64,000 nucleotides of DNA from the human T2T-CHM13v2.0 reference genome, Homo sapiens, in NCBI RefSeq assembly GCF_009914755.1, contig NC_060929.1; one strand, given 5' to 3'. A program made the position numbers and the translations under genes. Below, piece after piece: positions 39,800 through 56,406 of the stretch. The notes beneath the pieces were generated by a model. That model saw only the letters and a program-made list of their open reading frames with translations. It did not search any database and was not told the DNA's origin. Within the stretch, counting starts at the first letter, position 1; each line of letters starts with the position of its first letter.

Positions 39800-40380
39800 A
39801 GCTTAATAGCTAAAAGCAAAAAAAAACCTATTACAATATAACGAACAAATATAACGTTTTTAGAGAAGAGATGATGCTAATCGTTAAGAAAATCCTAAAA
39901 ACCCTAAAAGACAAAGGCCTGAAAAGACAGGTTTTTAAATTTCAAACTCACTAGTAATCCAAAAGATACAAACTAAAACAATGAGATTCTATTTATAAAA
40001 AACAAAATTAAAAAAAAAACCATGTAAGGCTAGCAACTGGGCAGTGAGACAAGCATACTTGTATAGAATACAGTGGGAATTTCTTTTTGAAAAATAAATT
40101 GGGAAAAGCCTTTGACCTGGTAGTTTCACTTCCGGGAATCTATTCTAAGTAAATAATCCAAAATGTAAATAAAAATGTTTGCACACAGATGTTCCCTAAT
40201 AATTTGTATGCAATATGGGAAAATGACCAATACAATAAAAGAATGGTTAAGTAAATTAGGATATATAATTCATATAATACACATAATAGAGACACATTAT
40301 ACAGACTTTTTCGTTACATAGGGAAACATTCCTGTTAAGTAGAAAAGTAGGATTCAACATTCTAGATATAACGTCAGACT
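39800..40380 (+). mobile_element. Degenerate L1ME-like 3' region
   Basis: AACTCACTAGTAATC, CCTTTGACCTGGTAGTTTCACTTC.GGGAATCTAT, AATGGTTAAGTAAATTA. Confidence 0.6.
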
Positions 40381-41333
40381 CTGTGTGTCTGCATGTGTTT
40401 GTTCATGTTCATACCCACAAGTGCATATTGAAAACTACATTTTGAAATAACTATCTCTATAGACATTATTTTTCTGAATAGAAAAACACATTATTTAAAG
40501 AATAAAATTTTTACCGTTTTCCAATAATACCATGCAGCCAAAACAAAATATCCTTTTGGTCTCACTAAGTATGGTTTACAATAACTGAGGATTATGAGAG
40601 AATCCACAGAGGGTCTAGGCATGGCTAAGTAAAGCCTGTCTTCACTGTATACACACTATTCATTTAAACAAAGTTGAAAGCCAAACATTTCGAGACATCA
40701 AATAACACTTAAGACTTAGATCCATTTGGTATGCGAAATACATATTGTTCTTTTGTACTTAGCTCTGCCAAGAATCTTTATTGATTAACTTGTAAACCTT
40801 AAGAGAAAATGGTATACATCTGAAACAATATAAAACACACTTCTTGCCAAAGATCCTACAGTCCTTCCAAACAAGTCTAATTCTACTGAATGCTTTAATT
40901 AATTCTATCAAACATTCATAACTTTTGCAGTGAAGAGTTATGAAGGCTATTTCTTCCAATTCTAGAGTTTGCAGATTTAATAACAAAAAGTATATGTAAA
41001 ATATTTTATTCTTAAAATGTAGATGTGTTTCTAATTAGACGAACAGGTCCTCTCCCCCTTCCCCAACAAAAGATATTGCAGAGACTGGTACTGTCAACGA
41101 ATTGAGTAATACCATTTATTAATACCAGTAAAAACAAAAACTTCAATTACTCTCAATTCTAAGACTAGTTTCCATAATCATGTTGTTGTTGGAACATATG
41201 ACTAATTTTGAACTATCTCCTCTCTATTATGACATGGTCCAAAATGGTAACAGGTCCTTGTTTGATCATGTATATTGGAGAACTCTAAAGTTTCCTTATG
41301 AAATATTTATTTTCAAGAGTGTAAATTCCCCCC

Positions 41334-41450
41334 TTTTTTTTTTGAGACAGTTTCACTCTTTCACCCACGCTAGAGTGAAGTGTTATGATCTCGGCTCACT
41401 GAAACCTCTGCCCCCCCAAGTTCAAGCAATCCTCCTGCCTCAACCTCCCC
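41334..41450 (-). mobile_element. Truncated Alu (right-arm 3' part)
   Basis: T-tail + GAGACAG...GATCTCGGCTCACTG..ACCTCTG...CTCCTGCCTCA. Confidence 0.85.
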
Positions 41451-41567
41451 TTATCAGAAAAAAAAATTGATGAACTATTTCATAAGCCACCCCTGTTGAA
41501 GAGTCATTAGAAGGATTCCTGAACACTGACTACCAATTTACTTAAAATACTTAAAAAGATGTAACGC

Positions 41568-43825
<2,258 letters not shown>

Positions 43826-43831
43826 CTACAG

Positions 43832-44006
43832 ATGACTCCTTGCTGGGATGGGAGGAGGTGCTGTCCCGTGCACTGCAGGATGTTTAGCAGCAACCCTGGC
43901 TTCTACCAACTAGATGGCAGTAGCACCCTTCCTCTAGCTGTGACAATGTCTCCAGACGTTGCCTAATGTCCCTATGGTCAAAGTTGCCCCCAGTTGAGAA
44001 CCACTG
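43832..44006 (+). mobile_element. MER20 DNA transposon
   Basis: CTGTCCCGTGCACTGCAGGATGTTTAGCAGCA..CCTGGC...AATGTCTCCAGAC.TTGCC...GTTGAGAACCACTG. Confidence 0.88.
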
Positions 44007-44158
44007 AGCTAAACTGAGGCAGCAAGTCAGGCACAAACACAGGAGATTACAGCTAACATCATCAGGCAGCTGCCTGAATGGGGACTTGAGTTTTCTGAGC
44101 TGCAGACTGACTTGCTTGGTTCACCTATGTCTTTAGATCCCCTTGCCTATTAAAAGGC

Positions 44159-44509
44159 TGTCTTAGTCCACCTGGGCTGCCATAAACAAAATGCCACAAA
44201 CACAATGGCTTATAAACAACAGTAATTTATTTCTCACATTCTGTAGACTGGGAAGTCCAAGATCAAGGAACCAGAGAATTTGATGTCTAATAAGGGCCAG
44301 CTTCATCATAGATGGCACCTTCTCACGGTGTCCTCACATGGTGGAAGAGTTAACGGAGATCCCTAGGGCCTCTTTTATAAGAGCACCAGTCCTATTCATG
44401 AGGATCACCTAAACACCCCCTAGAGGCCTCAACTCCTAATACAATCACCTTGGAGGTGAGGACTTCAACATATGAATTTTGGAGGGACACAAACATTCAG
44501 ACCATAGGA
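44159..44509 (-). mobile_element. MLT1A-type MaLR solo LTR
   Basis: TGTCTTAGTCC..GGGCTGCCATAA...GGGAAGTCCAAGATCAAGG...GGGACACAAACATTCAGACCATAG. Confidence 0.88.
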
Positions 44510-44941
44510 GAGGTTCTGACCCATTCTTCTGGGTACAATGCTTACATAAAATAGGAACATTCAGACTCAGGACCCTGAAGATACTGCAATAGCACCCTGG
44601 GGAGGAAGTATTCTTGGGCCTCTAGGCTTTCCATAGATGTCAGAGATGGCACAGAATGACAGCAGCCTAGTCTTCATCTCCTTTATTTGTTTTTTCCTGC
44701 ACAATTAGAGAAAATGTCTTGAGGTACCTTCTTACCTCCAATGCAGCTATTATTCAAAAAAAAATGACTGGGTAAGCCTCCTTTTAAGAAGAGCCATATT
44801 TTTACACACATACGTATCCACACACACTTTCTTTCTAATAAGTACCATAAGTGCTTTCCAGTTGTAATAAAAGTTGACAAAGTTGGCGTATTTAAATTGT
44901 ACAATGAGTCAATGTTTTCCAATCTCCTTCCCTCATGCTAT

Positions 44942-45419
44942 TGCAAAAGACACATGCACGTATATGTTTATTGCAGCACTTTTCACAACAGCAAAGATTT
45001 AGAACCAACCCAAATGCCCATCAATATTAGACTGGATAAAGAAAATGTGGCACATATACCATGGAATACTACGCCACCATAAAAAAGAATGAGTTCATGT
45101 CCTTTGCAGGGACATGGATGAAGCTGGAAACCATCATTCTCAGCAAACTAATACAGGAACAGAAAACCAAACACCACATGTTCTCACTCATAAGTGGGAG
45201 TTGAACAGTGAGAACATATGGGCACAGGGAGGGGAACATCACACACCAGGGCCTGTCGGGAGGTGGGGGGCAAGGGGAGGGATGGCATTAGGAGAAATAC
45301 CTAATGTAGATGATGGGTTGATGGGTGCAGCAAACCACCATGGCACATGTATACCTATGTAACAAGCCTGCACGTTCTGCCCATGTATCCCAGAACTTAA
45401 AGTATAATTTATAAAAAAA
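44942..45419 (+). mobile_element. 5'-truncated L1PA (PA7-like) 3' end
   Basis: AAAGACACATGCAC...GGGACATGGATGAAGCTGG...CCCAGAACTTAAAGTATAAT + A tail. Confidence 0.92.
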
Positions 45420-48400
45420 GGTTTGAGTATTTATACATTGAATGAAATTTGAATATTGGAAAAATGTACCTGCTTCTCTTTTTCAAATATTTTTGGTATT
45501 AATAAGATTCAAAATAATTTAAAAGCAACTTTTCTCATCAAGTATTTTCAAAATTCATAGATACTAAACCTTACCCTTCTTGGGTAGGGTTTGCCAAGTT
45601 TTGTGACATTAGAACAGGCTGGTAACAAGGAGCCTAGGCAAAAACAGAAATATAAAGTAATGAAAGCTACAAATATGGAGAAATATTAATCACTGGATAA
45701 TTTTCTAAGATCCACTATGAATAGAACTGATTAATAACAGAAGGGAGAAAATACTCTGAAATTTAAAGGGTTTGAAGAAATAAGCATTTACATGGAATTC
45801 AATATATCGAGAAGTATGTTATGGTTACCAAACATGCTATAAATCTGGACATCATCTCAATTTCATCACCAAAACATTTTTAACTCAATCTTCTGGGAGA
45901 AATTTCTTTCATTTCATTTTATTATACATTCTATCCAATTGTATAATCAAAACACAGTTCCAATTACTGAAATACACTTTATAATAAAATTGCTGGTATT
46001 ATCCTATAACCAAAGGTTAGTAGGTTGACCTCCAAATAAAAAGGCAAAGTGTTTTGATTCATAAATGAGAATTTCTATTCCCAGCCACTTATACAGGAAG
46101 TGCCAATAAGATTTCATTGTGGAAATGTTAACACAATATAACTTCTTTGCATGCTTAATTTAGCACAGCCAAAGAAGAAACATCTTCAAGATGTTCCAAG
46201 TGTGGGGCCCACTCCAATTGTAGAAGACTCATGTTTATGGATGTGATTAACAAACTGCCAGTGCATTCAGCTGTGGCGTAGAATTTTTAGCTACTTCAAA
46301 TGTGCATTCAAAATAATGTATTTCTCAATTATCAAATTCTTTTTGTACTTTCAGATAATCCCTCTACTTGAGCAAAAACTATGAATTCATCATTTGGCTG
46401 TGGTTTACATATAGTTTGATGATTCTTTTCTATCTTACCTTAAATCAACAAGCATCTACCAGAAAAATAAAAAAAAAAAAGATTACAGGAAAAAATTCCA
46501 ATTAACTTATCAGGTACAGAAAATTTATTTGCATTAAGCATGTTATTTTTCCTCAATCTCTCCTGTTTATGACTAACTGCATACCATTCAACTAACATAA
46601 AAGTGTTTACTAAAAGATCAGAGAAGTTATCCACCTTCATAGCCATTTGGAAGAGAAAAAAAATCTTTCTACTCTTTCCAAAATGGGTTATAAACACATC
46701 CCTAGAGAAATTTCAAATGAATGTATTCCTCTGCAATTTGATTCTGCAAAAAAATGTATGCAACTGAAAATTACACACAGAGAATATTTAAGTCATGACT
46801 ATGGAAAAACAATTACTATATTTGGATACACAAATTAGGCAACTAATTATTTCAAAAATGCAATCATGCACACAAATAGATATTCACTAATTTCCCTCCC
46901 ACTCTAATCCCTTAACTTCCTTCTGTGTTTTTCACATCAATTTTAGCTCTCCTATCATTTTTTTCTCTACTAAGAACGATTTGTGAAATGGTTTTTTATC
47001 TTCCACTAATATGTGCAATTCAATTATGTTTTCCTGTCAATGTATCCATCAATGAGGATGATTAACATCCATTATCTGACCCTTCATTTTCTATACGACC
47101 TTTGCAAATCAGTGGCATAAAAGAAATTCTTGTTCTTTGGTTTGTGTCAGCAATAACAACAAGAGAAACATACCAAATATAAGACATTAGAAATATATCA
47201 CAGTAAATTCAAACACAGTGCGATTCTGTTATATTTCAACAGTCACCACGGAACTTTGAAGTCTCTGTTTCACTTATTCTTTTGAGGGATTCTTATCTCA
47301 AAAAAAAGGAAGAAAGGAAACAATTGAAAGTTCATACTTTAATATTAACTACTGGATTGTGTCTTCATTCCAAGTGGAGTCGGAAATTTAAAAATCAAAT
47401 AATTAGCACACAAGCTCTAAATAAAAGTAAAATTAGGTTTTTTTTCAACCTTCTGATAGGAATTTTAGGTTCAAAATAGCTTCTGGCTAAAATCATGTAA
47501 TGCTGCTGTGACCAACTTGTCACTAAAACCATTGAAGACAGCCTTTAAAACCAAAAGTAATGGATAATCAATTCCATAATCTTAAGAGAAAAATAGGTTC
47601 TAACTTTGAAACCGTAAAGGGAATTTAGTTATTCCTTGGCATACCCAGCTTTCACTTCCAATTGACTGGCTCATAGGTATAGAAAACTAAGAACATATCC
47701 TTCTTTTGTTTTTTCCTTCAACTTTTAAGTTCAAGGGTACATGTGCAGGATGTGCAGGTTTGTTACACAGGTAAACATGTGCCATGGTGGTTGCTGCACA
47801 GATCATCCCACCACCTAGGTATTAAGCCCAGTATACATTACCTATTATTCCTGATACTCTCCCTCTCCACAAGCCACCCCACCCCCACAGGCCCCAGTGT
47901 GTGTTGTTCCCCCATGTGCCCATGTGTTCTCATCATACAGCTCCCACTTATAAGTAAGAACCTGTGGTGTTTGGTTTTCCGTTCCTGCATTAGTTTGCTG
48001 AGGACAGTGGCTTCCAACTCCAACCATGTCCCTGCAAAGGACATGAACTCATCCTTTTTTATGGCTGCATAGCATTCCATGGTGTATATGTTCCATATTT
48101 TCTTTATCCAGTCTATCATTGGTGGGCATTTAAGTTGATTCCATGTCTTTGCTTTTGTAAATAGTGCTGTGATGAACATACACATGTATGTATCTTTATA
48201 ATAGAATGATTTATATTCCTTTGGGTATATAGCCAGTAATGGGATCTGGCTCAAATGGTATTTCTGCCTCAAGGTCTTTGAGGAATCGCCACACTGTCTC
48301 CCAAAACAGTTGAACCAATTTACACTCCCACCAACAGTGTAAAAGCATTCCTTTTTCTCTACAACTTTACCAGTATCTGTTGTTTTTTTTATTCTTAATC

Positions 48401-49085
48401 ACAGCTGTCCTGACTGGTGTGAGATAGTATCTCATTGTGGTTTTGATTTGCATTTCTCTAATGACGTGATGCTGAGCTTTTTTTCAGATGCTTGTTGGCT
48501 GCATGAATGTTTTCTTTTGCAAAGTGTCTGTTCATGTCATTTGCCCACTTTTTAATTGGGCCATTGGTTTATTTCTTGTAAATGTGTTTAAGTTCCTTGT
48601 AGACTCTGGATACTAGACTTTTGTCAGATGGACAGATTGCAAAAATTTTCTCCCATTCTGTAAGCTGTCTGTTCACTCTGATGATAGTTTTTTTTTGCTG
48701 TGCAGGGGCTCTTTAGTTTAATTAGATCCCATTTGTCAATTTCTGCTTTTGTTGCAATTGCTTTTGGCATTTTCATCATGAAATCTTTGCCTGTACCTAT
48801 GTCCTGAATGGTAATGCCTAGATTTTCTTCTAGGGTTTTTATGGTTTTGGGTTTTACATTTAAGTTTTTAATTCATCTTGAGTTAATTTTTGTATATGGT
48901 GTAAGGAAGGGGCCGAATTTCAATTTTCTGCATATGGCTAGCCCGTTCTCCCACCACCATTTATTAAGTATGGAATGCTTTCCCCATTGCTTGTTTCTGT
49001 TAGATTTGTCAAAGATCAGATGTTGGAGGTGTGTGGTATTATTTCTGAGTTCTCTATTCTCTTCCATTGGGCTATGTATCTGTTC

Positions 49086-49386
49086 TTTTTTTTTTTCTTT
49101 TTCTTTTTGAGATGGAGTCTCACTCTGTTGCCCAGGCTGGAGTGCAGTGGCACGATCTCAGCTCTGCAACCTCCACCTCCCAGGTTCAAGCAATTCTTCT
49201 GGCTCAGCCTCCTGAGTACCTGGGATTACAGGTGCATGCCACCACACCTGGCTAATTTTTGTATTTTTAGTAGACATGGGGTTTCTCCATGTTGGTCAGG
49301 GTGGTCTCAAACTCCTGACCTCATGATCTGCCTGCCTAGGCCTCCCAAAATGCTGGGGTTACAGGCGTGAGCCAATGCGCCCAGCC
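49086..49386 (-). mobile_element. AluS (Sg-like) inside L1
   Basis: Reverse Alu; TSD-like TGT(A/G)TCTGTTCTT. Confidence 0.95.
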
Positions 49387-51134
49387 TTCTGTGTCTGTTC
49401 TTATACCAATACCATGCTGTTTTGGCTACTGTAGCCTTGTAGTATATTTTGAAGTCAGGTAGCATGATGCCTCCAGCTTTACTCTTTTTGCTTAGGCTTG
49501 TCTTGGCAATTTGGGCTCTTTTTTGGTTCCATACGAATTTTAAAATAGTTTCTTCTAATTCTGTGAAGAATGTCAATGGTAATTTAATGGGAATAGCATG
49601 AATATATAAATTACTTTAGGCAGCATGACCATTTTCACAATATTGATTCTTCCCATCCATGAGCATGAAATGTTGTTCCATTCGTGTTATGTCTGATTTC
49701 TTTGAGCATTGGTTTGTAGTTCTCCTTGAAGAGGTCCTTCACTTCCCTTGCTAGCTGTATTCCTAGGTATTTTATTCTTTCTGTAGTAATTGTGAATGGG
49801 AGTTCATTCATGATTTGGCTCTCTGCTTGCCTGCTGTTGGTGTACAGGAATACCAGCAACTTTTGCAAATTGATTTTGTATCCTGACTGCTGAAGTTGCT
49901 TATCAGATTAAGAAGCTTTTGGGCTGAAACTATCTGTTTTCTAGATATAGGATCATATCATCTGCAAACAAAGATAACTGGACTTCCTCTCTTCCTATTT
50001 GAATACCCTTTATTTCTATCTCTCACCTGATTGCCCTGGCCAGAACTTCCAATACTATGTTGAATAGGAGTGGTGAGAGAGGGCATCCTTGTTTTGTGCC
50101 TATTCAGTATGATATTGGCTGTAGATTTGTCATATATGGCTCTTATTATTTTGAGGTATGTTCATTCAATATCTAGTTTATTGAGAGTTTTTAACATGAG
50201 TGGATGTTGAACTTTATCAAAGGCCTTTTCTGCATCTATTGAGATAATGATGTGGTTTTTGTCTTTAGTTTTTTTTATAGGATGAATAATATTTATTGAT
50301 TTGCATATGTTGATACAACCTTGCATCCCAGAGATGAAGCCAACTTGATCATGGTGGATAAGCTTTTTGATGTGCTGCTGGATTTGTTTTGTCAGTATTT
50401 TATTGAGGACTTTTGCATCAATGATCATCAAGGATATTGGCCTGAAGTTTTCTTTTTTTGTTATATCTCTGCCAGGTTTTGGTATCAGGATGATGCTGGC
50501 CTCATAGAATGAGTTAGGGAGGAGTCCCTCCTTTTTTTTGGAATAGTTTCAGCAGAAATAGTACCAGCTCTTCTTTGTACCTCTGGTAGAATTCAGCTGT
50601 TAATCCATCTAGTCCAGGGCTTTTTTTGGTTAGTAGGTTACTTACTACTGTCTCAATTTCAGACCTTGTTATTGATCTGTTCAGGGATTCAATTTCTTCC
50701 TGGTTCAGTCTTTGGAAGGTGTATGTGTCCAGGAATTTACCCATTTTTTCTAGTTTTTCCAATATATATACATAGAGGTGTTTAAAGTATTCTCTGATGG
50801 TTATTTGAATTTCTGTGGAGTCAGTGGTGATATCCCCCTTATCATTTCTAATTGTGTTTATTTGATCCTTCTCTCTTTTATTCTTTTTTAGTCTAGCTAG
50901 CAGTCTCTTTTATTAATTATTTTCAAAACACCAGCTCCTGGATTTGTTGATATTTTGAAGGATTTTTTTGTGTCTCTATCCCCTTCAATTCAACACTGAT
51001 CTTGGTTATTCTTGTCTTCTGCTAGCTTAGGGTTTTGTTTGCTCTTGATTCTCTAGTTCCTTTAGTTGTGATGTTAGATTGTTAATTTGAAATCTTTCCA
51101 GATTTTTGATGTGGGAATTTAGTGCTATAAATTT

Positions 51135-51446
51135 TGGTTTTTTGTTTTGTTTTGTTTTGTTTTGTTTAGACAGGGTCTCACTCTGTCACCCAGGCTGGAG
51201 TGCAGTGGCACAATCTCGCTCACTCCAACCTCCGCCTCTCAGGTTCAAGAGATTGTCCTGCCTCAGGCTCCCAAGTAGCTGGGACTACAGGTGCGTGCCA
51301 CACACCCAGCTACTTTTTGTATTTTTAGTAGAGACAGGGTTTAACCATGTTGGCCAGGCTGGTCTCAAACTCCTGAGCTCAAATGATCCGCTCACCTAGG
51401 CCTCCCCAAGTACTGGGATTACAGGCGTGAGCCACCGTGCCCAGCC
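51135..51446 (-). mobile_element. AluS/J inside L1
   Basis: Reverse Alu with (TTTTG)n tail; TSD TAAATTT. Confidence 0.93.
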
Positions 51447-51602
51447 TAAATTTCCCTCTTAACACCGCTTTAGCTACGGCCCAGAGATTCTGGTATGATG
51501 TCTCTTTTTTCTCATTAGTTTCAAAGAACTTCTTGATTTCTACCTTAATTTCATTATTTACCCAAGAGTCATTCAGGAGCAGGTTGTTCAATTGCCATGT
51601 AA

Positions 51603-51924
<322 letters not shown>

Positions 51925-52365
51925 TCTATGTCTGGATTTCTTAATCTTGAGTTCTGATTTGATTGTGCTGTGATCTGAGAGACTGTTATGATTTCAGTTG
52001 TTTTGCATTTGCGAGGCGTGTTTTACTTCCGGTTATGTGATTAATTTTGAGTCAGTGCTGTATGGCAATGAAAAGAACGTATATTCTGTTGTTTTTAGTG
52101 GAGAATACTGTAGATATGTATCAGGTCTGCTTGATCCAGAGCTGAGTTCAGGTTCTGAATATCTTTGTTAATTTTCTGTCTCAATGATCTGTCTAATATT
52201 GTCAGTGAGGTGTTAAAATCTTCTACTATTATTGTGTGGGAGTCTGTCTCTTTGTAAGTCTCTAAGAATTTGCTTTATGAATCTGAGTGCTCCCGTATTG
52301 GGGTGCATATATATTTAGGATAGTTATCTCTTCTTGTTGAATCGAACCCTTTACTATTACGTAAG

Positions 52366-52471
52366 AAAATATGGAACGCTTCAGGAACTTGCATGTAATC
52401 CTTGTGTGAGGGTCATGCTAATCTTCTCTGTGTTGTTCCAAGTTTAGTATATGTTCTGCCAAAGCAAACAC
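52366..52471 (-). pseudogene. RNU6: Full-length U6 snRNA retro-pseudogene fused to L1
   Basis: Reverse complement GTGTTTGCTTTGGCAGAACATATACTAAACTTGGAACAACACAGAGAAGATTAGCATG...GAAGCGTTCCATATTTT; 106 nt, ~16 mismatches to U6 as recalled; ACAGAGA box intact. Confidence 0.96.
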
Positions 52472-52681
52472 TCCTTCTTTTCTTTATTGGATAAAAGGGA
52501 CCCAGAGTTCTTGGTTTGGGGAATTTTACTTGGAGGCAAATGCTCTTTCTCCCACCATTCCAGCGTATTTAAGAAAAAAAAAGTGAGCAGAAAGTAGGGG
52601 AGAGAGGCCCGTAAAGCCACATGTTCCAAAAGGCTTAGTCTGCAGAGGTAGAGCCTTTGGTTGATGAAATGGAGAGAGAAG

Positions 52682-52993
<312 letters not shown>

Positions 52994-53354
52994 GAAATGG
53001 AGAGAGAAAAGGTGAACAGAGCACAGAGGAGCAATCCTGATAGGTTGAGAATTACAGATACCGTGTATAACTTCTTATAGTATCAAAGAATCAGGCTGCA
53101 GAAGCTGAATGATCAAAAGCCAACTGAGAGGAGATACTTTAAATAAAAATTAACAGAAAATGGTAATTGAAATGGCAACTAAACCCAACAATATTCATTA
53201 AACTGTAAACTGGATATTAAGTTTTCAACACCATTGTAATAGAAAAAGAGCTGGACCAAAAAAACCCACTCAACTTGGGTATCTTTGTGGCTTTACTTAA
53301 AATTGAGTAATATATATATATATATTTGATTCTCTAGTTATTTTAGTTTTGAGC

Positions 53355-53357
<3 letters not shown>

Positions 53358-53391
<34 letters not shown>

Positions 53392-53400
53392 CACACAACA
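53358..53400. repeat. (CA)n microsatellite, with (TA)n at 53310-53325
   Basis: Directly visible. Confidence 0.95.
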
Positions 53401-53419
53401 GGGGAAAGAGAATAGTGCT

Positions 53420-55800
53420 CCAAAAATTCAGAACAAACCTCTGAAAAATTTTTACTGCAGAATCCAAAAGAAAAACTCAGAAGACTACTTGGTGTCCTTA
53501 ATAAAGAACCAATAAATTGGCCTTTATGAAAAGAAAACAGGATGAAATGAAGAGGATTCCAGGTAGGTTAAACAAGGCAATGGACAGTGGGTAAAATGAA
53601 AAGGGAGAGAGAATTTTTTTAAAGGAAGATTACATAGAAATTAAAAGCAAAGTAGAAGAATTAATTGATACTGAAGAAAGACAGTGGGCTTAAGCATTAT
53701 TTAACAGTTCTATAAGCCTTCACAGGGAGAAAGGAAAATAAAAGTACAATAGAGAAGAAGAAAGAATTGAAAAACAGAGACTAGGGAGCTAACATATAGC
53801 TCATCAGTATTCCTAGAGGAGAGTCCAGAGAAATAAAACAGAAACAATAACCAAATACACATCCCAAGAAAACTTTCCTGATCTCAGGAAAATGGGTGAC
53901 ATGGCTCCAGGAAAAAAATAAATCAGTAAAAGACCTAAACCTTAACATATCTGGCACTTTTTAAACTACTGAGTAAACAGAAAAAAAAATCCTGCAAGAT
54001 TCCAGGAAGAAATAAAACTTCTTACTTAAAAAAAAAAAAAACTCTAGCTTCAAATAAAATATAGACTCTAAGAAAATGTTGTAGCCCATAAGACACTACA
54101 TATTACAATGTGTGTGTATAAATATATATACATGTGTGTATACACACACATACACACACACACATAGTTATAACTGTAAGAAGAAACTAACAGAAATACA
54201 GTACTAAAGTCTAACAAAACTCTCTTAAAGAGAAAAAGTAGCTGGAAAATTAAAAGGTCCATAAAGCATATGAGTAAATTCAATTAATGAAGTTGGTCTA
54301 ACAGTTACATTTAAAAGTTTGGATTCTTCAAATCAAGAAAATACTTTTGTAAAAAGTTGATCAAAAATTGTTCATATATTAGATAGAGGCAGATGAAAGC
54401 TATAAAACATAGAAATTATATAAACCACAAGAATGCATAAGTATGTGAAAGACGTACACATAATCCAGTGGAATTAATATCATAAGATAACCTTTAAAAA
54501 TAAAAACGCAAAGGTAAACCTTAACATAAAACATTTCTAAATGGCATAGGCTAAAGAATAAATCCAAATTGTAATTACAAACTATTTTAAAGTTAAGAAC
54601 AACTGAAAAATCTATATAAAATCTAATGATGTGTGGTAAAGGATGGACTCAAAAGGAAAAAAACACATGGCATTCAGGGTTCTCATCATTTTAAAAATTG
54701 AATAAAATAAAATAACAAAATATTCAACTCAATAAACTGGAGAAGTTCAATAAAGGTCAACAAAATAACCTGAAGAAAAGTCACAGGAACGAATCAATAA
54801 AAAACAAAACAGAATGACATATTCATTTAATGACCTAGAAAAAGATCAGGACCCCAAGGAAGGCTGGAAAAATGAGTTAATAAAAATCAAAGCAGAAAAA
54901 CGGCAATTAAGTAAGTAGAACTCTGCAAGAGTAAGACAAGAAAATTTAGATTTCCTTAAAAATTACAAAGTATATTTCACCAAATATAGAAACAAGATTA
55001 AAAATATACAAAAGAATACCATATACAATCCTATTCTGATTAACGTGACAGACTAATGCAGTGGCAATAATGTAAGAAAACATGAAGTGATGAAACTGAT
55101 CCAGAAAGAAATCGAAACCGGAACATAGGAAAACAAATATATAGCAGAAACAAAAGAAAAAGACTTTTAGAAAAGTCGATCTAAACCAAAAAAGCAAAAC
55201 AAAAATTGTATAAGAAGTAAGTTATTTCAGAATTACACTATATTCCACAACATAGATAAACAATGGAAGCCTATTGTATTCATTATATTACGTTGTTGCA
55301 AAACTATTTGTGGTTTTTGCCATTAAAAGTAATGTAATAGCTAATAGCTATTACAAACCTAATACCATACCTGACAATGATTATTTTTGAAAAGATACAC
55401 CTATCTCACTTTTTAAAAATGCAAACATAACTAATTAAATATATAAATAAAGTTCAGGAATATATTAAAAGAAAAAAATTCACAACAAGAGTTGTAAATA
55501 CTTTAAACAACGACACAGAAACAGAAGCATTATTTTCCATGGTAATTCTTTTTCTTAAAAGATAAAAGGAGAAAGATACAATGGGAGTTATGTCATTCTA
55601 GATCTTAAAGTGTATTAGAAACCTGTAACAATGAAAATATTATGACACTAGCTCTAGACAAGAAAGACAAATGACTAAAAGAGGTTTGATGCCAAAGACA
55701 CCAAAATATGTCTAGTGTAAGATTTTAGTATAAGTAAATGTGACATATCAACTCACTGAAGAAGCTATAGACTAATCAAGAAAGGCTATTAAGAAAATTG
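53420..55800 (+). mobile_element. Very degenerate ancient L1 (A-rich sense strand)
   Basis: Remnants such as CAAGAAAACTTTCCTGA, ATTCAACTCAATAAACTGGAGAA and AAACCTAATACCATACCTGACAA. Confidence 0.45.
55288..55362. mobile_element. MADE1 (Hsmar1 MITE), degenerate
   Basis: TTACGTTGTTGCAAAA..ATT.GTGGTTTTTGCCATTAAAAGTAATG...AACCTAA flanked by TA. Confidence 0.7.
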
Positions 55801-56027
55801 ACTTGTACATGCCAGCAAATTCTCAGGTCACAAGAAGAAAGGCAAAACCCCAGAGGTTAGCCTCTAAATTCAGCCAGACAAACCATCTGAAAGTGAAATG
55901 GCCCATAGAACACGCCAATGGAACTGTGAAATTGCCTCAACTCTGTCTGCATTTACTAGTCAGCCCTTTCTTCCCCAACCTTTATTTATCACTGTTCCGA
56001 AGTCACACTAGATTAGCAAAGGAAATA

Positions 56028-56079
56028 TTAGGTTGGTGCAAAAGTAATTGCTGTTTTTGCTATGAAAAGTAATGGCAAA
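56028..56079. mobile_element. MADE1, truncated
   Basis: TTAGGTTGGTGCAAAAGTAATTGC.GTTTTTGC.AT.AAAAGTAATGGCAAA. Confidence 0.85.
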
Positions 56080-56151
56080 TAAGAACAATGTCCCCACAAA
56101 TTATGCCCTTAAAATTAACCAAAATATTAAAGCATAGAGAGTGACAGCCTA

Positions 56152-56406
<255 letters not shown>

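Noticed and set aside
52366-52471. Functional U6 gene
   Set aside because: ~15% diverged, inside a TSD-flanked retrocopy, with no PSE/TATA upstream
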